Shown here one piece after another: positions 31,457 to 42,276 of a stretch of DNA of 64,000 nucleotides (the first letter of the stretch is position 1; each line of letters starts with the position of its first letter). The stretch comes from an uncultured Clostridia bacterium (GTDB taxonomy: Bacteria > Bacillota > Clostridia > TANB77 > CAG-508): assembly GCA_947581825.1 (NCBI GenBank), contig CANPVP010000002.1, positions 194,777-258,776 on the forward strand, read 5' to 3'. The notes below the pieces were generated by a model, which did not search any database, had not been told where the DNA came from, and saw nothing but the letters and a program-made list of their open reading frames with translations. The position numbers and the translations under genes were made by a program.

Positions 31457-33097
31457 ATGGATGAAAAAGAAATTTTAATGAATTATATTGAAAATATGGA
31501 TTTAGCAAAATTAGTTCCATTTTTAACTAATTTTGAAAAGACAATTGATAGATGGAAAAGCTATAAGCAAAATAAGAAGGCATTACAAAGTATTGATGAG
31601 GAAGAAAATGAACTAGCAAAAGAAATAGCAAATATGTTAGCTGGACCACAAAAAAGTGAAAAAGAAGAAAAAATGATGGAGATGGATTATAAGGCAGCAA
31701 GTAGATTCTATGAATTATTAAAAAGTGATGAAGATGTAATTGAAGCTTTAAGCGACAAAATTTATTATATTGATTATGATGAAGAATCAGAAGAAAAAAG
31801 AGCTGAAGCAATATATTGTTTAGCAAGCTTATTAAGAAGTAAATTGGCAACAGAAAATGATAAGAATTCTGAATGGAGACCAGTGCAAGAATCTATAGCA
31901 GATGTTTTAAAGGAAATGACAACAAGAGATTTTTTAACAACTTTTGAATTAACAAGTAGGAGAAGTTTTTCAGAAAATGAATTATATAATGATATTATGG
32001 CAGAAAAAATTCCTGGTATGACTGAACCTGAATTTTTTAGATGTTTAAGCCTTTCAAACGACGGGCTGGGAATTTTATATCCAAATAGTAAATTAGCAAC
32101 ATTAAATAGAATAAGAAGTGGAAATGAAAAATTAGCACCTTTATATATCTATTATTGCAAAAATTCTGAAGAGGCATTAGATCTAGTTGAAAGAGCAGAA
32201 AAAAGCGGATATGATACATTAGAAATTATGATAAAACTAGAGACAGTATCAAGAGGTATCGAAGTAAGCAAAAAAGTTGAAGAACTAGCACAAAAATTAT
32301 CAACAGATAGAATACTTACTTTTCTTATTAATAGATCAAATATAATAGCTTTTAATAATGTTATAGAAGAAACTGTATTAAAAAGATTAGGAGAATTATC
32401 AAAAGCACAGATAGAGCTACTTTTATCAGCATATATGCATAGCCCTAAACAAGAAGTTAAAGACAGAATCGTGCAAGTGGCTATACAAAAAGGTGCATTA
32501 ATACAAAAGGGAGATAAATTCTATACAGAAAAAGATATATTTAGCGATGAAATGCAAGAAAAAATATATATTTATAGAAAAAAAGAAAGCATTATTTCTA
32601 ATTTACCAGTCCCTTCTTGTGGAAGAAACCCTATAGATATGCCACAGACAATTCAAGAAAATGATGTTCTACTAGGAGAAGATGAAGTGAAAGAAAAAAT
32701 GGCAGAAGCATGTAGATTAGATGATTTAGAAATAAGTTCTAAAGAAAAGCTTATTAACTATGTTCTTGAATTAGAAACAGCAAGCGATATTGATATTTTG
32801 CGTATCCTTCCAGAGTCAAGCCAAGCCATTGTAGAAGCGATAAAAGCAGAAGGGGAAAATCTGGAGGAAACTAAAAAGGCTATGATATTAAAAGAGATTT
32901 CTAAATATCTAAAAACATATTTAGAAAATAGAATTTTAAATATGAAGGATGGTAGAGCAGTTGTCTTATTATCTAGCATATATTCGAAATGTGGGGTTTT
33001 CAAACCAGCTATTGAAACAAGATTAGAGCAGTTGCAATATTTAAATTTGGGAGAAAATCCAAATGGAGATGAAAATCCAGGCTCTGATGGAAGATAA
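31457..33097 (+). CDS. hypothetical cytoplasmic alpha-helical protein (546 aa)
   Basis: Long ORF with good RBS, no TM and no recognisable catalytic motifs. Confidence 0.6.
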   Translation: MDEKEILMNYIENMDLAKLVPFLTNFEKTIDRWKSYKQNKKALQSIDEEENELAKEIANMLAGPQKSEKEEKMMEMDYKAASRFYELLKSDEDVIEALSDKIYYIDYDEESEEKRAEAIYCLASLLRSKLATENDKNSEWRPVQESIADVLKEMTTRDFLTTFELTSRRSFSENELYNDIMAEKIPGMTEPEFFRCLSLSNDGLGILYPNSKLATLNRIRSGNEKLAPLYIYYCKNSEEALDLVERAEKSGYDTLEIMIKLETVSRGIEVSKKVEELAQKLSTDRILTFLINRSNIIAFNNVIEETVLKRLGELSKAQIELLLSAYMHSPKQEVKDRIVQVAIQKGALIQKGDKFYTEKDIFSDEMQEKIYIYRKKESIISNLPVPSCGRNPIDMPQTIQENDVLLGEDEVKEKMAEACRLDDLEISSKEKLINYVLELETASDIDILRILPESSQAIVEAIKAEGENLEETKKAMILKEISKYLKTYLENRILNMKDGRAVVLLSSIYSKCGVFKPAIETRLEQLQYLNLGENPNGDENPGSDGR

Positions 33098-33234
33098 TAA
33101 TAAAAATTTATATAATGGAAAAAGTTATATAGAAATGTATAACTTTTTCTTGTATAGATAAAAAGGTTTTGCTATAATTGTAATAGAAATAGCTTTGATG
33201 GAAATAAGTGAATTTTAATTAAATGGAGTAATTT

Positions 33235-34188
33235 ATGAAAATTGGAAATTTTAGATTATTTGAAAGAAATATAAAGAAAGCAAGAGAAGCAATCTTAAGT
33301 GGTCATAAACTAGTACAGCAACCTCAAGGGGATATTGAACTTCCAGGAGGTTTATATGCTAGTTCAAGTATAGGAAAAAGCAGACAAAATCAAGAAGACA
33401 GTGTTTTATTATGTACTCACCCAAAAGATTCTGATATAAAAATGATGGTTGTTGCAGATGGTGTTGGTGGAAATGAAGCAGGAGAAGAAGCCAGTTATTT
33501 GGTTATTACAGCAATGAAAGAATGGTTTGAAAATTTAAAAATGAAAAAAAATATGAATACAAATGAGCTAATGGAGTCAATAGAACAGGTTTTAAATGAA
33601 GTTAATGAAGATATTAATGAGAAATACAGTGACCTTGAAGAGCTTGCTAGACCAGGTTCAACAATTGTATGTGCTATTGTTTTAAAAAAACAAACTTTAG
33701 TTGTGAATGTTGGAGACTCTAGAGCATATATATATAAGGACAATGAATTGTATCAAATATCAAAAGATCATACACTTATTGGAAATTTGGTTGAAAGTAA
33801 TCAAATACCTAGACAATATGCGAGATTTCATAAGCAAAATTCAGGAATTACTAGATGCATAGGAGGAAATGAAGAACCAGCTATGCCAACTTTTACAATC
33901 TTAAAAAATGATGATTATGATGCTTTATTATTATTTTCTGATGGAGTTACAGATTGTTTATCAGATGAGAAAATATTGGCTGTAACAAGAAGTACAGATA
34001 GAAAATATTTAGCGGAAAGACTAGTTGGAGAGGCATTGCATACAAACTCTGAATTACCAAAAGCACTAAGAAGAGAACGTTGGTATAATCCTATTATAAA
34101 GGGTGGAAAAGATAATACAACAGCTGCTGTTTATTATCCAGATAAAACTTCTAAGAAAACTTCTAAGAATGATAATGATGGAAGATAG
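33235..34188 (+). CDS. PP2C-family serine/threonine protein phosphatase
   Basis: Motifs VVADGVGG, GSTIV..VGDSRAY, LLFSDGVTD and DNTTAAVYY. Confidence 0.8.
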   Translation: MKIGNFRLFERNIKKAREAILSGHKLVQQPQGDIELPGGLYASSSIGKSRQNQEDSVLLCTHPKDSDIKMMVVADGVGGNEAGEEASYLVITAMKEWFENLKMKKNMNTNELMESIEQVLNEVNEDINEKYSDLEELARPGSTIVCAIVLKKQTLVVNVGDSRAYIYKDNELYQISKDHTLIGNLVESNQIPRQYARFHKQNSGITRCIGGNEEPAMPTFTILKNDDYDALLLFSDGVTDCLSDEKILAVTRSTDRKYLAERLVGEALHTNSELPKALRRERWYNPIIKGGKDNTTAAVYYPDKTSKKTSKNDNDGR

Positions 34189-34215
34189 TTAATACATAAG
34201 AAAGGATATTGTAAT

Positions 34216-34497
34216 ATGGAAAATGGAATATTAAATGTAAAAAATGAAGCAGGAAAAGAAAAAGAATATAACATCTTATTTATGTTTAAAGAAGAAGAAA
34301 AAAGTGAAGACTATGTAGTTTATACAGATTATTCATTAAATGATGATGGAGACATTAATGTTTATAGAAACAGATATGTAAAATTTGGAGAAAAGTTTGA
34401 ACTGTTACCAGTAAATAATAGGGAAGTAATACAATTTATAGATGATAAATTAGAAGAAATAAGATTAGAAATCGTTTTAAATGCGAAAAAAGGCTAA
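34216..34497 (+). CDS. DUF1292-like small protein
   Basis: 93 aa acidic protein (EYNILFMF..EDYVVYTDYSLNDDGDINVY) resembling the DUF1292 family found upstream of rimP/nusA regions. Confidence 0.45.
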   Translation: MENGILNVKNEAGKEKEYNILFMFKEEEKSEDYVVYTDYSLNDDGDINVYRNRYVKFGEKFELLPVNNREVIQFIDDKLEEIRLEIVLNAKKG

Positions 34498-34640
34498 ATT
34501 TGGTATGAAAAAATATTAAAAAATACTAAAAAAACGTTGCAATATCTAAGGCTTTAGTATATAATATTTTTAGCATAATAATTAATTAGAAGAGTGGAAG
34601 CAAATTCCACTCTTTATCTTTGGATTTTAGGAGGAAGATT

Positions 34641-35102
34641 TTGGCAAAGATAGAAGAAAGAGTAGAGAAATTAATAGAAAATCCTATAAATAATCTTGGT
34701 TATGAACTTTATGATGTTGAATATGTGAAAGAAGGTAAGGATTATTTTTTAAGAGTATTCATAAATAAAGCAGATGGAATATCTTTAGAGGATTGTGAAA
34801 AAGTAAATAATGAAATTACAGATTTATTAGACACGCAAGACTACTTAAAAGAACAATACTTTTTAGAAGTATCATCTACAGGAATTGAAAAAGTTTTAAG
34901 AAAAGATAAACATCTCAAAGAAAATATTGGAGTAGAAGTAGAAGTAAAACTTTTTAAACCAATTAATAAAAAGAAGGTTGTTTCAGGAATACTAGAAAAT
35001 TTTAATGAAAGTGAAATAACAATAAAAACAAATGAGAATGTTACTGAAGTTATACAAAGAAAAGATATATCTTTAATAAAAACGATATATCATTGGGAGT
35101 AG
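34641..35102 (+). CDS. rimP: ribosome maturation factor RimP
   Basis: LAKIEERVEKLIENPINNLGYELYDVEYVKEGKDYFLRVFI... matches RimP. TTG start after AGGAGG. Located upstream of nusA. Confidence 0.8.
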   Translation: MAKIEERVEKLIENPINNLGYELYDVEYVKEGKDYFLRVFINKADGISLEDCEKVNNEITDLLDTQDYLKEQYFLEVSSTGIEKVLRKDKHLKENIGVEVEVKLFKPINKKKVVSGILENFNESEITIKTNENVTEVIQRKDISLIKTIYHWE

Positions 35103-35136
35103 AGCAAAAATATAATATATAAATATAAGGAGGAAA

Positions 35137-36264
35137 ATGAAAATGAAGGCGATAGACAATGCAGAATTAATAGCAGCTTTAGATGAACTAGAAAAAGAGA
35201 AAGGAATCGAAAAAGCATACTTAATAGATGCAATAGAAACAGCATTAGTTACAGCTTATAAAAGAAATTTTGATGCTATTGAAAATGTAAAAGTTGTAAT
35301 GGATAAAAAAACTGGAGAAGCACATGTTTATGCAATAAAAGAAGTTGTTGATGTTGCAAGAGATACAGATCAAGAAATTAGCTTAGATGATGCAAGAAAA
35401 ATAAGCAAAAAGATTGAACTTGGTGACACTGTAGATATTGAAGTTGTGCCAAAAGATTTCGGAAGAATTGCAGCGCAAACTGCAAAACAAGTTATTATAC
35501 AAAAATTAAGAGAAGCAGAAAGAAATATTGTTTTTACTGAATTTAACGATAGAAAAGGTGAAATCGTTTCAGGAATTATCCAAAAAGCTGACTCTGGAGT
35601 AGTAATTATGGATTTAGGAAAATTAGAAGGCGTTATGCCAGCTAAAGAGCAAATCCCAACAGAAAAATATAAGGTTAATCAAAAAATAAAAGGATATGTT
35701 CTAGACGTTGTTAGAGGTCTTAAAGGAAATCCACAAGTTATTGTATCAAGAACAGCAGGAGACTTTGTAAGAAAGCTATTTGAATTTGAAATACCAGAAA
35801 TATATGAAGGGTTAATAGAAGTAAAAAGCGTATCTCGTGATCCAGGTTATAGATCAAAAGTAGCTGTATATTCAGGAAATGAAAATATAGATCCAGTTGG
35901 TTCTTGTGTAGGACAAAAAGGAGTAAGAATTCAAAACATTATCAATGAACTAAATGGAGAAAAAATAGATGTTATAGAATGGAATGAAGATCCAGCAATA
36001 TTTATATCAGCAGCTTTACTTCCAGCACAAGTAATGGCAGTTGATATAAAAGAAGAAGAAAAATTTGCACAAGTAATAGTACCAGATGATCAATTATCTT
36101 TAGCAATAGGAAAATCAGGACAAAATGCTAGATTAGCAGCAAAACTTACAAACTGGAAAATAGATATAAAATCAGAATCTCAATTTAGAGAAATGCTTCA
36201 AAAAATGCAAGAAGAAACTTCTGATGAAGAAAATTCTGAAGAAAGTGATACAGTAGAAGAATAA
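35137..36264 (+). CDS. nusA: transcription termination/antitermination factor NusA
   Basis: N-terminal domain, S1 and KH domains, and an acidic C-terminus. Confidence 0.92.
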   Translation: MKMKAIDNAELIAALDELEKEKGIEKAYLIDAIETALVTAYKRNFDAIENVKVVMDKKTGEAHVYAIKEVVDVARDTDQEISLDDARKISKKIELGDTVDIEVVPKDFGRIAAQTAKQVIIQKLREAERNIVFTEFNDRKGEIVSGIIQKADSGVVIMDLGKLEGVMPAKEQIPTEKYKVNQKIKGYVLDVVRGLKGNPQVIVSRTAGDFVRKLFEFEIPEIYEGLIEVKSVSRDPGYRSKVAVYSGNENIDPVGSCVGQKGVRIQNIINELNGEKIDVIEWNEDPAIFISAALLPAQVMAVDIKEEEKFAQVIVPDDQLSLAIGKSGQNARLAAKLTNWKIDIKSESQFREMLQKMQEETSDEENSEESDTVEE

Positions 36265-36306
36265 TATTTGCAAAATTTTATAATAAAAAGTAAGGGAGTG
36301 ATTTCC

Positions 36307-36567
36307 TTGAAACATATACCACAGAGAACTTGTATTGGATGCAATACAGTAAAAAATAAAAATGAACTTATACGTATAGTTAAAAACAAAGAAAATGAGA
36401 TAAAAGTAGATAAAACTGGCAAGATGAATGGTAGAGGAGCGTATATCTGCGATGATATAAACTGCTTGGAAAAAGCAATAAAAGCAAAAAAACTAGAGAG
36501 AGTTTTTGAAACATCTATAGATGAGGAAATCTATGAAAGCTTAAGAGGTGCGATTAGTGATAAATAA
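36307..36567 (+). CDS. ylxR: YlxR/RnpM family (DUF448) RNA-binding protein
   Basis: PQRTCIGCN..GRGAYIC motif. TTG start after GGGAG. Confidence 0.75.
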   Translation: MKHIPQRTCIGCNTVKNKNELIRIVKNKENEIKVDKTGKMNGRGAYICDDINCLEKAIKAKKLERVFETSIDEEIYESLRGAISDK

Positions 36568-36883
36568 TGAAGAAAAAGTATATGGACTTTTAGGTTTAAC
36601 TGCTAAGTCTGGAAATATTGTTTTTGGAACAGATGCTTGTATAGAAAAAATTGAAAAAAAACAAGTTAAGCTAATAGTAGTTGCCAGTGATGCGTCTGAA
36701 AAGACAAAAAAGAAGATGAAGTTTATATGTGAAAAAAATAGTGTGCCTATAAAAGTATTTGGAACTATTGAAAGAATAAGTAAAGCTATAGGTAAAAACA
36801 ATAAAGCTATAATAGGAATAAAAAATGAAAGCTTAGCTAATGAGATAAGCAAAATTATAAATGGGGGTGACATTATTGGATAA
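36548..36883 (+). CDS. L7Ae-family ribosomal-protein-like protein (YlxQ)
   Basis: [32 protein letters not shown] motif typical of L7Ae/YlxQ. GTG start overlapping ylxR. Confidence 0.7.
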   Translation: MRLVINNEEKVYGLLGLTAKSGNIVFGTDACIEKIEKKQVKLIVVASDASEKTKKKMKFICEKNSVPIKVFGTIERISKAIGKNNKAIIGIKNESLANEISKIINGGDIIG

Positions 36884-39800
36884 AATAAAAGTGCATGAAT
36901 TAGCAAAAAAATTAGGGACAACAAGTAAAGAGATTATATCAAAAGCTAAAGAACTAGGAATCGAAATTAAAACCCATCTTAGTTCTATAACTGAAGATGA
37001 AGCTAAGAAGATAACCGATAAATTTAGTCCAAATAATAAAAAAGAGTCAAAAGATAAAAAGAATGAAGTGGATTCAAAAAATAATAAAAAAAGTGAAACA
37101 CCAGTAATTATTAGAAGAGAAGTAATAATAGCTGATGAAGAGTTGGAGAAAAAAGAAGCAGAAGAAAAAGCAAAGAAGATGGAGAAAAGCAAAAAAGATG
37201 TAGGTTTTGTAGAAAGAGATAGAAATAAAGATTTTAATATAGTGTATAGAAATAAACCTACAAAACCAATGACTGTTAGTGAATTATTTGGACTTTCAAA
37301 ACCAGAGAAAAAGCAGGAAGAAAAGAAAGAAGAGAAAAAAGTTGAAACTAAGATAGAGGAAAAGAAAACTGAAGAAAAAATCGAAGAAACAAATACAAAA
37401 CCAGAGACAAAAGAAACTGTTAAAGTTGAAAAAGAAAAAATAATTGAAAAGGTGGCTGAAGAAAAACCTATTATGGAAATCATGACAAAACAACAAAATG
37501 TAAATAATCTAAAAAATAATTTAAAAGAAGAAACAAAGCATAATTTTAACAGTGGAAATACTGATTCTAGAAATAATAACCAGTATAAAAACAACCCAAA
37601 TTCTAATAATTTTAATAGAAATAATAAAGGATATAATAATAACAGACCTAATTACAATAATCATGGAGAAAATAATAGGTTTAACAATCAAAACGGTCAA
37701 AAAAATAATAATTATAAGAACTTTGGAAATAGTGAAAACAAATTCAATAATAGAGATAACAATTATAAAAATAAAAACTTCAATGATAATGGAGATTTTA
37801 GAAGAGGAGGAAATCGACCTCTTGATGAAAAGGGAATTGAGAAAAACATTAAAAATATAATGGCATCCGATGTAGTGGAGAAAGAGATTGTTAGAGAATA
37901 CAACAATAAAGCAGCTTATGATAAACAAAAAAGTAATGCTAAATTTGAAGAAAATAATACAAAAAATAAAAAATCTTCAAAACCTAAAAAGGGTCATTTT
38001 GATATAAATGAAGATAAGTTAAAGAGCTTGAAACAAGTTGATAAACTTTCTAATATGTTTGATGACCAAGAAGGTGGAATGTTAGATTATTATGATTTAA
38101 CAACAGTAAGAGGTAGAAAAAATAAGAAAAAGAATGTACGTAATGAAGCAGAACGTACAAAACAAAAAATATTTAAATTAACAGAAGTAACAATTCCAGA
38201 AACTATAACAGTTAAAGACTTAGCTACAGAAATGAAAATAACAAGTAGTGAAGTTATAAAGAAATTATTAGGATATGGAATATTAGCTACAATAAATAAC
38301 GAAATAGATTTTGATACAGCATTTTTAATTGCACAAGAATTTGGTATTACAGCTATTAAGAAAGAAGTTGTAACAGAGGAAGATATCTTATTTGATGATA
38401 CTGAGGATAAGCCAGAAGACTTAATTCCAAGACCACCAGTAGTTGTTGTTATGGGACACGTTGACCATGGAAAAACTTCACTTCTAGATGCTGTTAGATC
38501 AACTAATGTAATAGAAGGAGAAGCTGGAGGTATCACACAACATATTGGTGCATACAAAGTAGAAATTAATGGTAGAGAGATTACTTTCTTAGATACTCCA
38601 GGACATGAAGCGTTCACAAGCATGAGAGCAAGAGGAGCTCAAGTAACAGATATAGCAATATTAGTAGTAGCTGCAAATGATGGTGTTATGCCTCAAACAA
38701 TCGAAGCTATAAACCATGCTAAAGCTGCAGATGTTCCTATTATTGTTGCAATAAATAAAATAGATGTAGAAGGTGCTAACCCAGAAAAAGTAAAACAAGA
38801 ACTTACTAAATATGATTTAGTTCCAGAAGAATGGGGTGGAGATACTATATTTGTTAATATTTCTGCTAAACAAAAAACAAATATAGATACTTTACTTGAA
38901 ATGGTTCTTTTAGTAGCAGATATGAAAGAATTAAAAGCTAATCCAAACAAACAATCAAAAGGTGTAGTAATCGAAGCAAGACTTGATAAACAAAGAGGAC
39001 CAGTTGCAACAATGTTAGTACAACGTGGTACTTTAGACGAAGGAGACACAATAGTAGTTGGTTCAGTTATTGGTAGAATAAGAGCTATGAAAAATGACAA
39101 AGGAAAGAAAGTTAAGAAAGCAGGACCATCAACTCCAGTTGAAATCATTGGTTTAACAGAAGTTCCAGAAGCAGGAGATACTTTCTATGAAGTTAAAGAC
39201 GAAAAAACAGCTAAGCACTTGATAGAAAGAAGAAAGAGACAGGCAAGAGAAAAATCAATAAATGCAACAAGTAAAGTAACTTTAAATGATTTATTCTCAC
39301 AAATAGAAAAAGGAAATTTAAAACAATTAAATCTAATTGTAAAAGCAGATGTTCAAGGTTCTGTAGAAGCTGTAAAACAATCGCTTGAAAAACTATCAAA
39401 TGAAGAGGTTAGCGTAAAAGTAATACATGCAAACGTAGGTGGAGTTACAGAAACAGATGTTACACTTGCAAAAGTTTCTAATGCTATTATTATCGCATTT
39501 AATGTTAGACCAGAACCACTAGCTAAAGAGATGGCTATTAAAGATGAAGTTGAGATAAAACAATATTCAATTATTTATCAAGCTATTGAAGATGTTGAAT
39601 CTGCAATGAAAGGAATGCTTGATCCAAAATATGAAGAAAAAATAGTAGGAACAGCACAAATAAGACAAACATTTAAAGTTTCAGGAGTTGGAACAATCGC
39701 AGGATGTTATGTAACAAGTGGAAAGGTTTCAAGAAATGCAGGAGTAAGAGTAATTAGAGATAATGTTGTTATACATGAAGGAAAACTTGCATCATTAAAA

Positions 39801-39926
39801 CGTTTCAAAGATGATGTAAAAGAAGTTGCAGAAGGTTACGAATGCGGAATCCAAATAGAAAACTTCAATGACTTAATCGAAGAAGACACATTAGAAGTAT
39901 TTGTAATGGAAGAAATAAAAAGATAG
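36875..39926 (+). CDS. infB: translation initiation factor IF-2 with extended Asn/Lys-rich N-terminal region
   Basis: [14 protein letters not shown] start. The G domain has [17 protein letters not shown] and NKID motifs, with C-terminal beta-barrels. About 330 aa are a low-complexity N/K/E-rich linker. Confidence 0.93.
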
Positions 39927-39936
39927 TAATATGTAG

Positions 39937-39955
39937 GGGCGACCAGTGGTCGCCC
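39937..39955. repeat. GC-rich palindromic element copy 3 (GGGCGACCAGTGGTCGCCC)
   Basis: Located 10 bp after the infB stop, preceded by gtagg and followed by gaaaag. Confidence 0.55.
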
Positions 39956-39998
39956 GAAAAGAAAACTTATTCAAATAAAAGCAAACAAAGGAGGAAAA

Positions 39999-40376
39999 AT
40001 GAATAAAAACAATAATAGATTTAATAGGATCGATGAGGAATTAAAAAAAGAAATAAGTAATATAATAATGTATGATATTAAAGATCCTAATGTAACAGGA
40101 ATGATAAGTGTTACAAGAGCAAAAGTTACACCAGATTTAAAATTTGCAAAAGTATATGTTAGCATAATGAATTCTAAGAATTTAAAACAAACATTAGCTG
40201 GATTAAAGAAATCAGCGCCTTTTGTTAGATCAGAGATAGCTAAAAGAATAAATTTAAGAATTACACCAGAAATTATATTTGAACTTGATGATTCTATAGA
40301 ATATGGTGCCAAAATAGATTCAATTTTAAAAGAAATAATGCCCAATAAGCCAAAAGAAACTGAAGAAGGAGAATAG
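39999..40376 (+). CDS. rbfA: ribosome-binding factor A
   Basis: RFNRIDEELKKEISNII..VTGMISVTRAKVTPDLKFAKVYVSI. Confidence 0.88.
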   Translation: MNKNNNRFNRIDEELKKEISNIIMYDIKDPNVTGMISVTRAKVTPDLKFAKVYVSIMNSKNLKQTLAGLKKSAPFVRSEIAKRINLRITPEIIFELDDSIEYGAKIDSILKEIMPNKPKETEEGE

Positions 40377-40380
40377 AATT

Positions 40381-41331
40381 ATGACTTTAGATAATATATT
40401 AGAAGAAATAAAAAAAGCAAATTCGATAGTTTTATTAACTCATAAAAGTCCAGATGGAGATGCCATAGGTAGTTCATTAGCTTTTTATATTGCATTAAAG
40501 CAATTTGGGAAAACAGCTGATTTAATAATAGAAGAAATGCCAAGAGTTTATAAATTTTTGCCTTGTGCAAATGAAGCAAGAAAAATAGAAGAGGCAAAGC
40601 CTCAATATGATTTAGCAATAGCTTTAGACTGTGCAACAGAACAGAGAATTGAAGGACAAGAAGAAATTTTTGAAAATGCAAAAGTAACAATTTCAATAGA
40701 TCACCATGAAAGTAATAAAATGTTTGCTGATTATAATTTTGTGAATCCTGCTGCACCAGCATGTGCACAAATTCTTATTGGAATTTTTGAATATATAGGA
40801 ATAGAAATAACAACGGATATAGGAGCATGTATATTAACAGGTATAATAACAGATACAGGTGGGTTTAAATATTCCACAATATCACCTGAAACTTTTGAAT
40901 TTACAGCACATATCTTATCAAAAGGTGTAGATGTTTCTGATATATACAAAAAAGTACTTCAAATAAAAACTAGATCTCACTTCAAATTATCACAAATAGC
41001 AACAGCTAGATTGGAATTCTTGGAAGATGAAAAAATAACTTTTACATATATCACAAAGGAAGATGAAAGAAAGGTAGAAGCTGAACCAGGAGATCATGAA
41101 GGAATTGTTGAAATTGCAAGAGATATTGAAGGCGTAGAAGTAGCTATTTTACTAAGAGAAACCGATGAGGGATTCAAAGCATCATTAAGATCAAACGGTA
41201 AGGTAAATGTTTCTGATGTATGTATGATATTTGGAGGTGGAGGACATCCAAGAGCAGCAGGTTGTACTCTATCATATTCCCTAGAAGAATCAAAACAAAA
41301 AATTATTGCACAAGTAAAAGCAAATCTTTAA
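40381..41331 (+). CDS. nrnA: DHH-family phosphoesterase (NrnA-like oligoribonuclease/pAp phosphatase)
   Basis: DHH motifs (LLTHKSPDGDAIGS, DHH) and a DHHA1 C-terminus (GGGGHPRAAG). Confidence 0.8.
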   Translation: MTLDNILEEIKKANSIVLLTHKSPDGDAIGSSLAFYIALKQFGKTADLIIEEMPRVYKFLPCANEARKIEEAKPQYDLAIALDCATEQRIEGQEEIFENAKVTISIDHHESNKMFADYNFVNPAAPACAQILIGIFEYIGIEITTDIGACILTGIITDTGGFKYSTISPETFEFTAHILSKGVDVSDIYKKVLQIKTRSHFKLSQIATARLEFLEDEKITFTYITKEDERKVEAEPGDHEGIVEIARDIEGVEVAILLRETDEGFKASLRSNGKVNVSDVCMIFGGGGHPRAAGCTLSYSLEESKQKIIAQVKANL

Positions 41332-41354
41332 TTAATTTTTTATAGAGGATAAGT

Positions 41355-42224
41355 ATGGATGGAATTATAGTAATCAACAAAACTAAAGGTTGTACTTCGC
41401 ATGATATTGTATATAAAGTAAAAAAAATATTAAAAGAAAAAGTCGGACATACAGGAACTCTAGATCCAAATGCAACAGGAGTTTTACCCTTGTTAATTGG
41501 AGAAGGAACAAAACTATCAAAATATTTGATAGAGCATGATAAAATCTATACAGCAACAATTTTTCTTGGAAAAGAAACAACAACTTTGGATGTTGAGGGA
41601 GAGGTAATAAAAGAGAAAAAAGTTGATTTTCAAAAATTAACCTTTGAAAATGTAAATGAAGTATTAAATAGTTTTTTAGGAAAACAGGAACAAATTCCTC
41701 CTATGTATTCTGCAATAAAAGTAAATGGAAAGAAATTATATGATTATGCAAGAAATGGTCAAGAAGTAGAGATTAAACCAAGAACAATAGAAGTTTATGA
41801 CATAAAATTAGATAGTATAGATGAAAACAGAATAACTTATACTGTTAAATGTTCAAAGGGAACGTATATAAGAACTCTTTGCAAAGATATAGCTGAAAAG
41901 CTAGATACTGTAGGATATATGGAAGATTTACAACGTCAAGAAGTTGGAAAGTTCAATATTAAAGATTCAATTACAGTAGAAGAACTAGAACAAAACATAA
42001 ATAGTAAAGAGTTTTGGGATAAATATTTTATCTCTATAGAAGATTTTTTCAAAGAAAAAGAAAAATTACAGCTAAATGAAAAGGGACTAAATCTATTCTT
42101 AAACGGAGTAAGACTAACTAGAAATATAAAGGAAGATTTATATAGAATTTATGATATAAATAATAATTTTATTGGAATAGGAATAGTTGAAAAAAATTTA
42201 TTGAAAAGAGAAATTATTTTATAA
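41355..42224 (+). CDS. truB: tRNA pseudouridine(55) synthase
   Basis: GIIVINKTKGCTSHDIV..GHTGTLDPNATGVLPL catalytic Asp motif. Confidence 0.9.
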   Translation: MDGIIVINKTKGCTSHDIVYKVKKILKEKVGHTGTLDPNATGVLPLLIGEGTKLSKYLIEHDKIYTATIFLGKETTTLDVEGEVIKEKKVDFQKLTFENVNEVLNSFLGKQEQIPPMYSAIKVNGKKLYDYARNGQEVEIKPRTIEVYDIKLDSIDENRITYTVKCSKGTYIRTLCKDIAEKLDTVGYMEDLQRQEVGKFNIKDSITVEELEQNINSKEFWDKYFISIEDFFKEKEKLQLNEKGLNLFLNGVRLTRNIKEDLYRIYDINNNFIGIGIVEKNLLKREIIL

Positions 42225-42236
42225 AAGCGAATTAAT

Positions 42237-42270
42237 AAAAACAAGGTTTGAATTTCAAACCTTGTTTTTA
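42237..42270. terminator. bidirectional terminator between truB and the ger operon
   Basis: aaaacaaggtttgaa ttt caaaccttgttttt. Confidence 0.65.
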
Positions 42271-42276
42271 TGTTCC

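Noticed and set aside
36833-37594. 253-aa minus-strand ORF and other F/L/S-rich minus ORFs within infB
   Set aside because: They are antisense to the well-supported infB gene, with low-complexity composition typical of reverse-strand artefacts in AT-rich DNA.
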